Source: Myxococcota bacterium (GTDB lineage: Bacteria > Myxococcota_A > Bradymonadia > UBA7976 > UBA1532). Taken from it: 64,000 bases of DNA. The notes beneath the pieces were generated by a model. That model saw nothing but the letters and a program-made list of their open reading frames with translations. It was not told the DNA's origin and searched no databases. The first letter of the stretch is position 1, and each line of letters begins with the position of its first letter. The stretch lies in the NCBI GenBank assembly GCA_036337435.1, contig JAYZEG010000058.1, positions 64,001 to 128,000 of the forward strand, given 5' to 3'. Positions 47,147 through 57,575 of this stretch are shown here, in pieces. The translations under genes and the position numbers were made by a program.

Positions 47147-48141
47147 GTACCCATGATTCTGACCACGAGGGTTTAGAACTTGCTGCGTCGGCAAAGCAGA
47201 AGTTGCTTGAGCAGGTGTCGAAGCAAATCGTCGGCCAGGAAACTGTTATACAATTGATGCTCACATCGCTGTTAGCACGTGGACATTGCTTATTTGTTGG
47301 TGTCCCAGGATTGGCGAAAACGCTGCTTGTAAATAGCACAGCACAAGCACTTTCACTGGGCTTCAATCGGATTCAATTTACCCCTGACCTCATGCCCAGC
47401 GATATCACTGGCACCGAGATTTTGGAGGCCGACTCAGAGACCGGAAGGCGACACTTCAAATTTGTTAAAGGTCCAATATTCACAAATTTGCTCTTGGCTG
47501 ATGAAATCAACCGAACGCCGCCGAAGACCCAAGCGGCTCTGCTCCAGGCTATGCAAGAGCGGGTTGTTACAGCCGCGGGTCAAACGTACGAGATGACTGC
47601 TCCGTTTATGGTTTTTGCGACTCAAAATCCGATTGAACAAGAAGGAACGTACCCTCTACCGGAAGCACAGTTAGACCGCTTCATGATGATGATTAACGTC
47701 GACTATCCTTCAGAGGACGAAGAGGTCGAAATTGTTAGACGAACAACCGTGGGGGCACCGCCCAGCATTGAGCCTGTGCTGACCGTGAGTGATATTCTAA
47801 CACTTCAAGAGTTGGTTAAAAATATTCCGGTTTCGGAGCATGTTATTCAATATGCTGTGAAACTCGCGCGGTCAACCCGACCCACGGGGGATGAGGCAGC
47901 AGAATATATTAAGAATTATGTTGGCTGGGGTGCTGGACCACGAGCCAGTCAATTCATGATTCTCGCAGGCAAAGCACGAGCTCTCCTAGATGGGCGATTA
48001 ACCGTGTCGCGAGACGATATTAAAGACTTGGCGATCCCGATTCTCAGGCACCGGGTCGTCACCAATTTTAATGCTGACGCCGAGAGAATCCAAAGCGACG
48101 ATCTCATCAGGCGAATCATAGACGACAATCCGACCGCCTAG
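47143..48141 (+). CDS. MoxR-family AAA+ ATPase
   Basis: GVPGLAKT, RIQFTPDLMPSD, LADEINR, ATQNPIEQEGTYPLPEAQLDRF. Confidence 0.96.
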   Translation: MSTHDSDHEGLELAASAKQKLLEQVSKQIVGQETVIQLMLTSLLARGHCLFVGVPGLAKTLLVNSTAQALSLGFNRIQFTPDLMPSDITGTEILEADSETGRRHFKFVKGPIFTNLLLADEINRTPPKTQAALLQAMQERVVTAAGQTYEMTAPFMVFATQNPIEQEGTYPLPEAQLDRFMMMINVDYPSEDEEVEIVRRTTVGAPPSIEPVLTVSDILTLQELVKNIPVSEHVIQYAVKLARSTRPTGDEAAEYIKNYVGWGAGPRASQFMILAGKARALLDGRLTVSRDDIKDLAIPILRHRVVTNFNADAERIQSDDLIRRIIDDNPTA

Positions 48142-48143
48142 TC

Positions 48144-49028
48144 ATGCATCAGTCCCCCTTAATAGATCCAGAGTTATTCGGACGTTTATCAGGACTCTCT
48201 ATCCGCTTTGATGGACATGTTGAGGGGGCTGTTACGGGATTTCATCGAAGTCGAGCTAAGGGGTCGAGCGTTGAATTCGCCCAATACCGGGAGTATGCAC
48301 CAGGCGACGAAATCAAGCATATCGACTGGAAATCATACGCTCGAAATGATCGCTTCTATGTAAAGCAATTTGAAGATGAGACGGATCTCAGGACGCTTTT
48401 CGTCGTCGATACGTCAAAATCGATGGACTTCAAGATCGACGACAATCCAAAGAAGATAACCTATGCAGGGCAACTTGCCGCCGCGCTCGCATGGACTTTA
48501 ATTCAGCAGGGCGATGCTATCGGTTTGTTGACTCATGGAGCAGAGATTGGAACCTATCTTCCGCCGAGAAGTCGGCCTGAACATTTCTGGAGATTCATAC
48601 GAAATCTTGAAGCTGCCCAATGCGGTGGTGAGACCAATCTGGCGTCGGCACTGACCCACGTCGCAAATCTGCCACTGAAGCGCAGCAATGTCGTCTTGCT
48701 TTCGGACTGTCTAGAGTTTACCGAGAATTTCATCAGTATCCTCAAACAACTCAGGCGCCGACACTACGTTTCAGTGCTCCATATCTTGGATCCGAGTGAA
48801 GTCCAATTTCCATTTTCGGATCTGACGGTTTTTGAAGATGCAGAAAACCACTCTGAACAACAAGTCGATCCTCGAGCAATGGCCGAAGAGTATCGATCGG
48901 CTGTCTCTAAATGGCTCGATGAACTCAAGAATAGCCTTTCCGATGGTCAGGTTAATTACAAATTATCGACAACCGATATAGCCATTGAGACGGCCGTGAT
49001 GACTTGGGCTAGGGGTCGTCAGAGATGA
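48144..49028 (+). CDS. DUF58 / VWA-like MoxR partner
   Basis: GxH.S..G.SVEFAQYREY.PGD..IDWK, VKQFE, DTSKSM, LSD. Confidence 0.92.
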   Translation: MHQSPLIDPELFGRLSGLSIRFDGHVEGAVTGFHRSRAKGSSVEFAQYREYAPGDEIKHIDWKSYARNDRFYVKQFEDETDLRTLFVVDTSKSMDFKIDDNPKKITYAGQLAAALAWTLIQQGDAIGLLTHGAEIGTYLPPRSRPEHFWRFIRNLEAAQCGGETNLASALTHVANLPLKRSNVVLLSDCLEFTENFISILKQLRRRHYVSVLHILDPSEVQFPFSDLTVFEDAENHSEQQVDPRAMAEEYRSAVSKWLDELKNSLSDGQVNYKLSTTDIAIETAVMTWARGRQR

Positions 49029-51118
49029 CGTTCCTATCTCCTTGGCTCTTGGCTGGGCTGGCTGGAATTCTGATTCCGCCCATCATCCACCTACTTCTTA
49101 GACGCAAACCTAAACGGGTAATTTTTCCGACTCTGCACTTTATCTTGACGTCCCATAAAAAGACGTCGAGGCGATTTAGACTAAGACAAATACTCCTCAT
49201 GCTGACCCGTTGCCTACTGCTAGGCCTTTTGGCATTCGCCATCGCCAGACCACTTATGGTTTCGGAGGATCAATCGGGCATGGATGCAGTTGATGGTGGA
49301 ACAATTTTCATCGTCCTGGATACAAGCTACCCAATGCAATATCGACTGGATGATGAATCACTCTTAATGCGAGCAAAGATAATGGCCAGTAACCTGGTTG
49401 GACGCGCCAACACTCAGTACGGTCTCATCGTTGCTGACCCGAAACCAGAGCTTGTGCTCTCCGAATTAAGCGCGGATGCAAGTAAAGTTCGGGATTCAAT
49501 TGGCGAAATCAAGCCAGGTCTACACGGTCGAAACCTATCGGCTGCACTCTCATTAGCGTACTCTATGGCGGCTGAGAGCAGTCAGGACCAATTGAACTCT
49601 GTTGTTGTTCTATCAACCCCTGCGGGGCTCAAGGACTTAGCCCGACCACCACCGGGCAGCGGACAGATCAAACTGGTTCCGGTCGATGTATCCGACGGAA
49701 ACCCATTGCCAAATCGAGCGGTTATAGACGTGTCAATTCGAGCAGCACCTGAAATGGGCACTGGGCATTGGGAACTCACGACCCGGATCGCCAATCATTC
49801 AAATGAAGACGCAAAAAAGCTGCCCATTTGGTTGGCCATTGACGGCCAGACCGTCGTCAATGGACTCGTCGACATTCCGGCCAACGAGGAGGCGAGCAAG
49901 GTCTTCTATGTAGCCCTAGGCGAACAGCAGTCAGGACAAGCGGAAATTCGCATTGCTGATGACGCCCTGACGATTGATAACCGCTATCCGTTCTGGATGA
50001 TTCCGGCCGAACCAATACGCGTTCTTGCAGTCAACGGGAGCCCGAATGCAAATCCCTATAAAGACGAGCTCTATTATGTTCAAAAAGCCGTCGAACCTGC
50101 TGTAGCATCCGGCGTCAGAATCGTCATGAAGTCACTCGGCTTAGATAGACTGGGTCAAGTTGATCTCGATCTTTACGATGTTGTCATGTTGGCCAATGTC
50201 GAAAAAGTAACAGCCGAGTTCAGCCGGCAGTTGACCATTTTTGTGAAAAAAGGTGGTGGTCTGTTCATCAGCTGCGGTGAACAGATCAATGCGATTGAGT
50301 TAAATCGAAGGCTTGGACCCCTGTTACCCCGAACCATCCGAAGTAAAAAAATCGCGGGGGATGCGGCCGCAAGCAACGAAGGACAGGATCGACGAGTGGC
50401 ACACCTAAAATTGTTCAATCGAAAGCATCCGATCATTGAAAACTTTGCAGCACCTGAAACGACGTCGCTTGCCCTGGCTCAAATTGAAAAATTTATGCTG
50501 CTAGACCCGTCTCCGAATGCCGGAGGGGACGTCATCATGAGTCTAGATAATGGAGCCCCTTTTCTCGTGGGCAGACGGGTGGAAAAAGGGCGAGTCATTT
50601 TGATGACAACGACGATTGACCGAGATTGGAATGATCTCGTCATTCGGCCTCATTTTCTACCTTTGCTCGTCCATACATTGCGCCATCTCGCACAAACCAA
50701 AACCACCCAATCCAAGCCCTACACAGTTGGGCAACTTGCGACAATTGCGACAACAGACTGGGGCGCCGGACGCATTAGGTTACCGAATGGAAAGAGAATC
50801 GACTTGCAAAGCAATCCGGGCGACACCGAAATTCGTTTTGCCGAGACCAAACAGACAGGCCATTACTCATTGGATCCGATAGATGAGACACGGAAGACCG
50901 CGCCTGCATTTTCCGTTCATTTGGATACGAGTTACGCAAAGCTAAGCAGCCGTCAGGCTACAGTTGGCGAGGACGTGACAGCAAGCCAAGCGAAGACGTC
51001 GCTGAGTTCAACCCGAGAACTTTGGCATTACGCGTTGCTCCTTCTATTTGTCATGCTCGGGTCAGAAGCCTGGCTGCTCTATCGCTTGCGAATCAGGAGT
51101 CGAGCGGGAACTGCTTAG
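49025..51118 (+). CDS. BatA-domain / VWA / Ig-like / GATase-like membrane protein
   Basis: PIIHLL..FPTL BatA N-terminus, LDTS VWA start, DN Ig-like domain, VKKGGGL, C-terminal ELW-TM. Confidence 0.85.
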   Translation: MTFLSPWLLAGLAGILIPPIIHLLLRRKPKRVIFPTLHFILTSHKKTSRRFRLRQILLMLTRCLLLGLLAFAIARPLMVSEDQSGMDAVDGGTIFIVLDTSYPMQYRLDDESLLMRAKIMASNLVGRANTQYGLIVADPKPELVLSELSADASKVRDSIGEIKPGLHGRNLSAALSLAYSMAAESSQDQLNSVVVLSTPAGLKDLARPPPGSGQIKLVPVDVSDGNPLPNRAVIDVSIRAAPEMGTGHWELTTRIANHSNEDAKKLPIWLAIDGQTVVNGLVDIPANEEASKVFYVALGEQQSGQAEIRIADDALTIDNRYPFWMIPAEPIRVLAVNGSPNANPYKDELYYVQKAVEPAVASGVRIVMKSLGLDRLGQVDLDLYDVVMLANVEKVTAEFSRQLTIFVKKGGGLFISCGEQINAIELNRRLGPLLPRTIRSKKIAGDAAASNEGQDRRVAHLKLFNRKHPIIENFAAPETTSLALAQIEKFMLLDPSPNAGGDVIMSLDNGAPFLVGRRVEKGRVILMTTTIDRDWNDLVIRPHFLPLLVHTLRHLAQTKTTQSKPYTVGQLATIATTDWGAGRIRLPNGKRIDLQSNPGDTEIRFAETKQTGHYSLDPIDETRKTAPAFSVHLDTSYAKLSSRQATVGEDVTASQAKTSLSSTRELWHYALLLLFVMLGSEAWLLYRLRIRSRAGTA

Positions 51119-51644
51119 GTAAACGGGAAAATTGTTGAGAACGAACGAGCTCAAGAAAGCGATAATCGAAGGGATTTTGATCGTCGGCCGTGTGTCGTTC
51201 GATGCTCTTTAAAGACCATTGCTCCGGATCAAGTCGAGGGAAGAACGCATCACCGTCTGGTGCCGTTTCGATAACGGTGAGCAAAATGCGCTGCGCAACA
51301 GGCAGACAGAGTCGATAGATCTGTTCGCCACCGATGACCATAATCTCAGAACCGCCGTCCAAAAGTTCAAACGCTTGGCCCAGACTAGAAATCACGTCGA
51401 CCCCGGTCGGGTTATAGCCATGGCGGCGCGACAAAATAATATTCCGCCGATTCGGCAGAGGTCGGCCAATTGACTCATAGGTGCGTCTTCCCATGAGGAT
51501 AGGCTTACCGGTCGTCTGTCGCTTAAAGTATTTTAAGTCTTCAGGCATGTGCCAAGGTAATTGTCCCTGATGGCCAATCGCCCAATTGGTCCCTATCCCG
51601 GCAATCAGTGTCAGTCGACCGCTGAAATTTATACTAGATGACAT
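51093..51644 (-). CDS. folA: Dihydrofolate reductase
   Basis: IG..GQLPW..PEDL..F, MGRRTYESIGRPLPNR, IGG, GDAFFP. Confidence 0.95.
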   Translation of the reverse strand: MSSSINFSGRLTLIAGIGTNWAIGHQGQLPWHMPEDLKYFKRQTTGKPILMGRRTYESIGRPLPNRRNIILSRRHGYNPTGVDVISSLGQAFELLDGGSEIMVIGGEQIYRLCLPVAQRILLTVIETAPDGDAFFPRLDPEQWSLKSIERHTADDQNPFDYRFLELVRSQQFSRLPKQFPLDS

Positions 51645-51650
51645 CGTCGA

Positions 51651-52445
51651 TTAAACAGCGACCGGTGCACGAATTGCCGGTTCATACTGATACCCATCCA
51701 AACGAATATGTTCGTATCGGAAGTCATCGAGTTTTTTGATGGATGGGTCCAATTCAAGTTTGGGTAATGGCTTTGGTGCACGTGATAATTGGGTTTTCAC
51801 CTGCTCGATGTGATTGGTATAGATGTGAGCATCGCCGATTGTGTGGACAAAATCGCCGACCCCCAAGCCTGTGACCTGTGCAATCATGTGAGTCAACAAG
51901 GCATACGACGCAATGTTGAACGGAACACCAAGAAACAAATCCGCGCTTCGTTGGTATAGCTGGCATGAAAGTTCATTGTTTGCGACATAAAACTGAAAGA
52001 GAAGATGACAGGGGGGCAGCTTCATCTTTTCGATCTCACCGACATTCCAAGCACTGACAATCAGACGACGTGAATTTGGATTTTTTTCAATTTGGTCGAC
52101 CACTTGAGCAATCTGATCGATTGTATTTCCCCTTGCTGTTCCCCAAGACCGCCACTGGGCACCATATACGGGACCTAAGTCACCATTTGGGTCAGCCCAA
52201 GCATCCCAAATCCCAACGTTATTTTCTTTCAGATAGCCAATATTAGTCTCACCTCGGAGAAACCACAGCAGTTCGTGAACCATGCTTTTCCACTGAAGTT
52301 TCTTCGTGGTCACTGCGGGAAAACCCGTGCGCAGATCATAGCGCACTTGCGCACCGAACAAACTGAGGGTTCCTGTACCTGTCCTATCTTCTTTTAGAGT
52401 GCCCTCTTCAAGAACTCGATTGAGTAAATCCAAATAGGTTTTCAT
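51651..52445 (-). CDS. thyA: Thymidylate synthase
   Basis: DRTGTGT, ELLWFL, LPPCH, YQRSAD.FLGVPFN, HIY. Confidence 0.97.
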   Translation of the reverse strand: MKTYLDLLNRVLEEGTLKEDRTGTGTLSLFGAQVRYDLRTGFPAVTTKKLQWKSMVHELLWFLRGETNIGYLKENNVGIWDAWADPNGDLGPVYGAQWRSWGTARGNTIDQIAQVVDQIEKNPNSRRLIVSAWNVGEIEKMKLPPCHLLFQFYVANNELSCQLYQRSADLFLGVPFNIASYALLTHMIAQVTGLGVGDFVHTIGDAHIYTNHIEQVKTQLSRAPKPLPKLELDPSIKKLDDFRYEHIRLDGYQYEPAIRAPVAV

Positions 52446-53317
52446 TGTCCTTTAAAACTCGCTTTTCTCTTTTCGACAAAGGCTGCCAAACCTTCCCGTG
52501 CATCTTCACTTGAGAATAGCTTGGCTTGAAGTTCACGCTCAAGGGCCAATCCATATTCTAATGGCAGCTCACCGCCACTTTGGACAGCCCGCTTAATATG
52601 TCCAACAGCAAGCCCTGCTCGCTCGGGTGAACAATAACGATTGGCCATGGCAATCACCTCGTCGACAAACTGGTCACGCGACATCGCTGCAATTGTTCTT
52701 TGCTTTCCCTTAATCTCTTTGGTCTCGGTCTCACCAATAAGTCGATGAACGAGACCTAAGTCGACTCCGGTAGACACGGGATACGTCTGTCCGCTTAACA
52801 TCATTTCCATGGCTTTTGACGCGCCGATTAAACGTGTCAGCCGCTGGGTGCCTCCTGTTCCAGGTAAAACTCCTAATGAGACTTCTGGTAACCCAACTCG
52901 GCCACCACCATTTCTTGCAATCCGCAGGTCACAACCGAGGGCGATCTCGAAGCCACCACCAACACAATGACCGTTGATGGCAGCGATCACTAATTTCGGT
53001 GTTTGCTCTAATCGTGAGACCGTTTCATTTGCGTGCAGACAAAAATAATATTTACTCGTTGCGTCTGCTGCTTCGAGCATATTGATGTTTGCTCCAGCAC
53101 AAAAATGCTCCCCATCACCGGTGATAACGATGACCTCTACATCGGGGTCGAACCGGGCTCTGAGTATACAATCATCAAGATCGCGAAACATCTTGTACGT
53201 ATACCCATTGAGGTTTTCATCTTTGAGCGTGAAAAGAGCAATGCGTCCTCGTTTTTCATAACTAACTCGAATAATTCCATCATCGCCGAAGTGATCCGCA
53301 CGAATTGTCTGGTTCAT
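52442..53317 (-). CDS. Enoyl-CoA hydratase/isomerase (crotonase) family protein
   Basis: [48 protein letters not shown]. Confidence 0.92.
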   Translation of the reverse strand: MNQTIRADHFGDDGIIRVSYEKRGRIALFTLKDENLNGYTYKMFRDLDDCILRARFDPDVEVIVITGDGEHFCAGANINMLEAADATSKYYFCLHANETVSRLEQTPKLVIAAINGHCVGGGFEIALGCDLRIARNGGGRVGLPEVSLGVLPGTGGTQRLTRLIGASKAMEMMLSGQTYPVSTGVDLGLVHRLIGETETKEIKGKQRTIAAMSRDQFVDEVIAMANRYCSPERAGLAVGHIKRAVQSGGELPLEYGLALERELQAKLFSSEDAREGLAAFVEKRKASFKGQ

Positions 53318-53391
53318 TTCTTACCTCCTTGCTGTACTGATAATCGATTCATATCATCCGCTGTCGCTTTGTCACAGGAGGTCTCTACATT

Positions 53392-54246
53392 ATGAGTATA
53401 GAAACAATCACAGTTATCGGAACCGGCACCATGGGCAATGGCATCGCTGGCCAGGCAGCACTGTCGGGATACAACGTCAACTTATTCGATATTTGTGAGG
53501 ACAAATTAAAAGCAGCCTTTGACCTGATCGAGAAAACCTATGCAAAGGGTGTATCGAAAGGAAAGATTTCGGCCAATGCTGTCGATGCTGCTCAAGGTAG
53601 ACTGAGTGGTAAAAATTGCCTAGAAGAGGCTCTTCGAACCGCCGACTTAGTCATAGAGGCCGTCCCTGAAAATATGGCTCTAAAAATCGAATTGTTCCGC
53701 TCATTCGAAACCTACGGGCGACCTGGTTTAATTATGGCATCTAATACGAGTAGCCTATCTATCACGGAAATCGCCGCCTCAGTCAGTCGCCCTGAGGCCG
53801 TTGTCGGAATGCACTTTTTCAATCCCGTGGCGATCATGCCACTTGTTGAACTGGTTCGAGGTGAATACACAACTGATGAAACCTTAAAGACAGTCCGTGC
53901 TGTGGCAGAGCAGATGAAAAAAGAGTGTATTGAAGTTAATGATTCGCCAGGTTTCGCAACAAGTCGGCTGGGGATCGCACTGGGTAATGAAGCCATGCGG
54001 ATGTTTGAAGAAGGGGTTGCCAGCGCCGCTGATATCGACAAAGCCATGGCCTTGGGCTACCGCCACCCAATTGGGCCGCTCGCGCTAACAGACTTAGTGG
54101 GTCTGGACGTGAGACTCGCGATCAGCGAACATCTTTATCGAGAGATAGGTAGCGATACATTTAGACCACCACGTATACTCAGAAAGATGGTGCGGGCAGG
54201 CAAGCTTGGCCGTAAAGTTGGTCGCGGCTTCTACGATTATTCATAA
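53392..54246 (+). CDS. 3-hydroxyacyl-CoA (3-hydroxybutyryl-CoA) dehydrogenase
   Basis: GTGTMG, EAVPE, SNTSS, HFFNPV, GP..L.D.VGLD, GKLGRK.G.GFY. Confidence 0.93.
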   Translation: MSIETITVIGTGTMGNGIAGQAALSGYNVNLFDICEDKLKAAFDLIEKTYAKGVSKGKISANAVDAAQGRLSGKNCLEEALRTADLVIEAVPENMALKIELFRSFETYGRPGLIMASNTSSLSITEIAASVSRPEAVVGMHFFNPVAIMPLVELVRGEYTTDETLKTVRAVAEQMKKECIEVNDSPGFATSRLGIALGNEAMRMFEEGVASAADIDKAMALGYRHPIGPLALTDLVGLDVRLAISEHLYREIGSDTFRPPRILRKMVRAGKLGRKVGRGFYDYS

Positions 54247-54272
54247 AGCATTGGCTGAGAATACATAGAGAT

Positions 54273-55226
54273 ATGAATCAGGCCCTTCGAAGCACAGACA
54301 TTCTGAAGAGATTTACCTTGGTTACAGGCAAGGGCGGGGTGGGCAAGAGTACGCTTTCAGCTGCACTGGCACTCCTGTCTGCAAAACGGGGATATAAAAC
54401 ACTCGTTTGTGAACTCAATACCCATGAACGAGTCTCTCGGCTTCTAGGTCATGACCCTGCCGGCTCATCCATTAAGGAGCTCGAAGACAACCTTTGGAGT
54501 GTAAACATTAATCCAGCAGCAGCGATGCAAGAATATGGATTAATGAAACTAAAGTTTAGAGCTTTTTATAGGCTCGTTTTTGAAAATCCATTGGTCGGGG
54601 CTCTGGTCCGATTCATTCCTGGAATCAACGATTTACTCATGCTCGGGAAGGCATTTAATCACGAACGTGAAGTCGATCAGGCTGGGCAGCCGATTTGGGA
54701 TCGAATCATTATCGATGCGCCTGCTACGGGACATAGCTTAACATTCTTGACCTTGCCAAAAGTAATCATGAATGCAGTTCCAAGCGGAAACATGCATAGG
54801 GAAAGCCATGATATGTGGGAGCTGCTGGCGGACCCTAAACGGTGTGGAATTCACCTCGTCTCTTTACCCGAGGAACTACCGATTCAAGAAACGATCGATT
54901 TATTCAAGGCTTTAACTCACGATATCCAACTCCCTGTGTCCAATCTCTTTTTGAATCAGGTTCCTATGCCTGCCGTGCCTCCAGAGCTAACTGAAGATTT
55001 CAAAAAATGGAATAAGATACCATCTGATGAGTTGATTAAACCCTTGTGGGAGGCGGGTAAATTACGCGAGAAAAACCTAGCCGTTTCGACCCATTTTTTG
55101 AAGAAGCTTGAAGGATTGGATTGCCCGGTCATTTGTCTGCCGATGCAGTACGGGGTTGATTTCGGGCGGCGGGAAATAGACGCACTCGCCAAAACGATCG
55201 ACGACGCGATGGCACCCCATGATTGA
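54273..55226 (+). CDS. ArsA/Get3-family ATPase (subunit 1)
   Basis: GKGGVGKS deviant Walker A, DAPATGH, LPEELP..ET. Confidence 0.88.
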   Translation: MNQALRSTDILKRFTLVTGKGGVGKSTLSAALALLSAKRGYKTLVCELNTHERVSRLLGHDPAGSSIKELEDNLWSVNINPAAAMQEYGLMKLKFRAFYRLVFENPLVGALVRFIPGINDLLMLGKAFNHEREVDQAGQPIWDRIIIDAPATGHSLTFLTLPKVIMNAVPSGNMHRESHDMWELLADPKRCGIHLVSLPEELPIQETIDLFKALTHDIQLPVSNLFLNQVPMPAVPPELTEDFKKWNKIPSDELIKPLWEAGKLREKNLAVSTHFLKKLEGLDCPVICLPMQYGVDFGRREIDALAKTIDDAMAPHD

Positions 55227-56370
55227 TCCACTCAGAGACCGGTTAAAATCAGCCAAGTTAATCGTCACCGCTGGTTGTGGTGGCGTCGGAAAAACAACTG
55301 TGGCCGCTGCACTCTCACTTCGTGCGGCACATCTTGGTCGACGGGTTGCTGTCTTGACTATCGACCCGGCAAAGCGCCTCGCTCAAGCATTGGGTCTCAG
55401 CGAACTGAATCATGAACTCAAACGAGTGCCAACAAATGGAAAGAACACCGGTGAGCTGTGGGCGATGATGCTAGATACGAAGGCTGCGGGCGACAATATG
55501 GTCCTCAGGTTTTCCCAAGATGAAAACGTCGCCAAAGGCATACTGAACAACCGATACTATGGTTATTTTAGCAGCTCTTTAGCAGGCACTTTGGAATACA
55601 TGGCGGTTGAGCAAGTGCGCGTACTGATGGATGAGCATGACTTTGATCTAGTGGTGCTTGACACGCCGCCGGCGGCTCATGCTCTCGACTTTTTTGATGC
55701 GCCCGACAGGCTTGTTGATGGCCTGATGAAAATCCCACTCAACGCCCTCGATGGACGCGGGAGAAAAAGCATTTCCAGTCGATTAGCGAGTCAGGGTAGA
55801 CAAATTGTCCTTCGTGGACTCAATCGATTGACGGGTGGTCCGTTCCTCGATGATTTAACAGAGTTTTTGAGCCAGTTTCGAAGCATCCTTGGAGCTCTAC
55901 AGGAGGCGGGAGAACAGGTCCGTGATTTACTGCGTGCTGATGGAACAAGCTTCTTTTTGATCACCGCACCATCGGCACCAAGAATTGAGGATGCAATCGC
56001 TTTTTTTGGAGAGTTAGAACGCCGGAAGTTACCGGTTGGCGGCATTATCGTGAATCGAGTCCATCGGGAAATCATCCACAATAAAAACTCGGCTGTAAGC
56101 GCATCGAGGCTCGCCGCAGCCTGGCATGAAGCATCCTTAGAAAAGAGGACGATGACGGAATATAACGGACTCGTTGCGAGGCTCACGTCGACCTTAATGG
56201 AACACAACCAACGGGCGAGACAAGACGCCCTTGTGTGCGACCAACTTTCCCTCAGAACACAGCAAGCTCAGTTTATCGCTCCGCGCTTAAATTCGGGTCT
56301 GGGGACTCAGTCAGAACTACTAGAGCTGGCGAACCAAATTCAGATTTACGAATCAGGAACATCCCTATGA
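55219..56370 (+). CDS. ArsA/Get3-family ATPase (subunit 2)
   Basis: GCGGVGKTT, TIDPAKRLA, EYMAVE, LDTPP..ALDF, IVNRV. Confidence 0.9.
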   Translation: MIDPLRDRLKSAKLIVTAGCGGVGKTTVAAALSLRAAHLGRRVAVLTIDPAKRLAQALGLSELNHELKRVPTNGKNTGELWAMMLDTKAAGDNMVLRFSQDENVAKGILNNRYYGYFSSSLAGTLEYMAVEQVRVLMDEHDFDLVVLDTPPAAHALDFFDAPDRLVDGLMKIPLNALDGRGRKSISSRLASQGRQIVLRGLNRLTGGPFLDDLTEFLSQFRSILGALQEAGEQVRDLLRADGTSFFLITAPSAPRIEDAIAFFGELERRKLPVGGIIVNRVHREIIHNKNSAVSASRLAAAWHEASLEKRTMTEYNGLVARLTSTLMEHNQRARQDALVCDQLSLRTQQAQFIAPRLNSGLGTQSELLELANQIQIYESGTSL

Positions 56371-57575
56371 AGATGCTGTCAGAATCGAACATGAAGTACT
56401 CATTCTGCTTAAGCATCGCCGCTCCTCTTGCTGTGAGTGCGCTGCTCCTCATCGGCTGTGGTTCACGCCAAATACAGTCCAATAAGACCGTTTTAGAAAT
56501 GGAACCCGTTGTCGTCGAAGTGTCCAAGAAGGACGGAAAAAACGTCATTGAAACATATGATGCCTTCTCGCTTTTCGAGAGCGCCAAGACGTTCTACGAA
56601 CAAAACCAATTTGCTCGATGTATCAATGACTATACCCAACTCTTAGAACGGTTTCCCAGCTCACGATTTGCATTGGTCGCACTCTTTAATCGCGGGTTAT
56701 GTCTGGAAGAAGCTCTTCGACATAATGCCGCCGCAACAGATTTCCGCCTCTATATCGATCGGGCTAAAAAGGCGTCTGACAAGCTTGATGGACAATACCG
56801 TTGGGGTTTTAACCTGGTCGAGTCGGGCAATTATCCAATCGCTGTCAAACTCTATGATGACCTGCTGAGTCGCACTGATCTGGGACATTTTGACCGAGCA
56901 GAGGCCCATCTGAGGCGGGGAATATCTCTTGCAAAAATGCAGCAGTTTGCTCGGGGTGAAGGTGATATCCGGGCGGCTTTAAAGTGGATCAAGAAAGAGA
57001 CCGGCGACCAGATCATAGGGAACGATTTAGCGGCTGAGTGTCATTATCGAAAAGGTGAGATATACGGTGCCTTAAGTTCAAAAGTGTCACTGAAACTCCC
57101 TTTGAAATCCATGCAAGGAGACTTGCAATCGAAGATTCGATTCTTTCGACAATCCCAAAGTTCATATATCGATACCCTCAATGTAAGGAGCCCCTACTGG
57201 TCGACTGCGGCGGGCCTTAAGCTAGGGGAACTCTACGAACGTTTTTATGACGATGTAGTGAAAGCCGAGGTTCCGAAAGATTTTGATGAAACGATGCGGA
57301 AATACTATCTGCTCGAACTCAAAAATGAGCTGCAGCCTGTATTGACGCACTCGGTTAAAATTTACGAACGAAACATTGCTATGGGATTAAGGCTCGGTAC
57401 AGATAACCAATGGATTAAGGAAACAGAGCAGCGATTGCAAAAACTACGTGCGTTGATCGAAAAAAATGAGCGGGCCGCAGAGGCTGCCAGAAAAACCAAA
57501 CCTGAGACTGAGATGATCGATAAGCAAGCGCGTCCTGCCCGGCGGTCCAAGGCAAAAGATGCGGAGCAACGTTAA
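56367..57575 (+). CDS. TPR-repeat lipoprotein
   Basis: Lipobox LLIGC; BamD/YfiO-like TPRs (LLERFPSS, ALFNRGLC); start 56367 or 56391. Confidence 0.8.
   Translation: MKMLSESNMKYSFCLSIAAPLAVSALLLIGCGSRQIQSNKTVLEMEPVVVEVSKKDGKNVIETYDAFSLFESAKTFYEQNQFARCINDYTQLLERFPSSRFALVALFNRGLCLEEALRHNAAATDFRLYIDRAKKASDKLDGQYRWGFNLVESGNYPIAVKLYDDLLSRTDLGHFDRAEAHLRRGISLAKMQQFARGEGDIRAALKWIKKETGDQIIGNDLAAECHYRKGEIYGALSSKVSLKLPLKSMQGDLQSKIRFFRQSQSSYIDTLNVRSPYWSTAAGLKLGELYERFYDDVVKAEVPKDFDETMRKYYLLELKNELQPVLTHSVKIYERNIAMGLRLGTDNQWIKETEQRLQKLRALIEKNERAAEAARKTKPETEMIDKQARPARRSKAKDAEQR

Noticed and set aside
54273..56370. Arsenic resistance operon
   Set aside because: No arsB/acr3, arsC or arsR; two single-domain ATPases rather than a fused ArsA.
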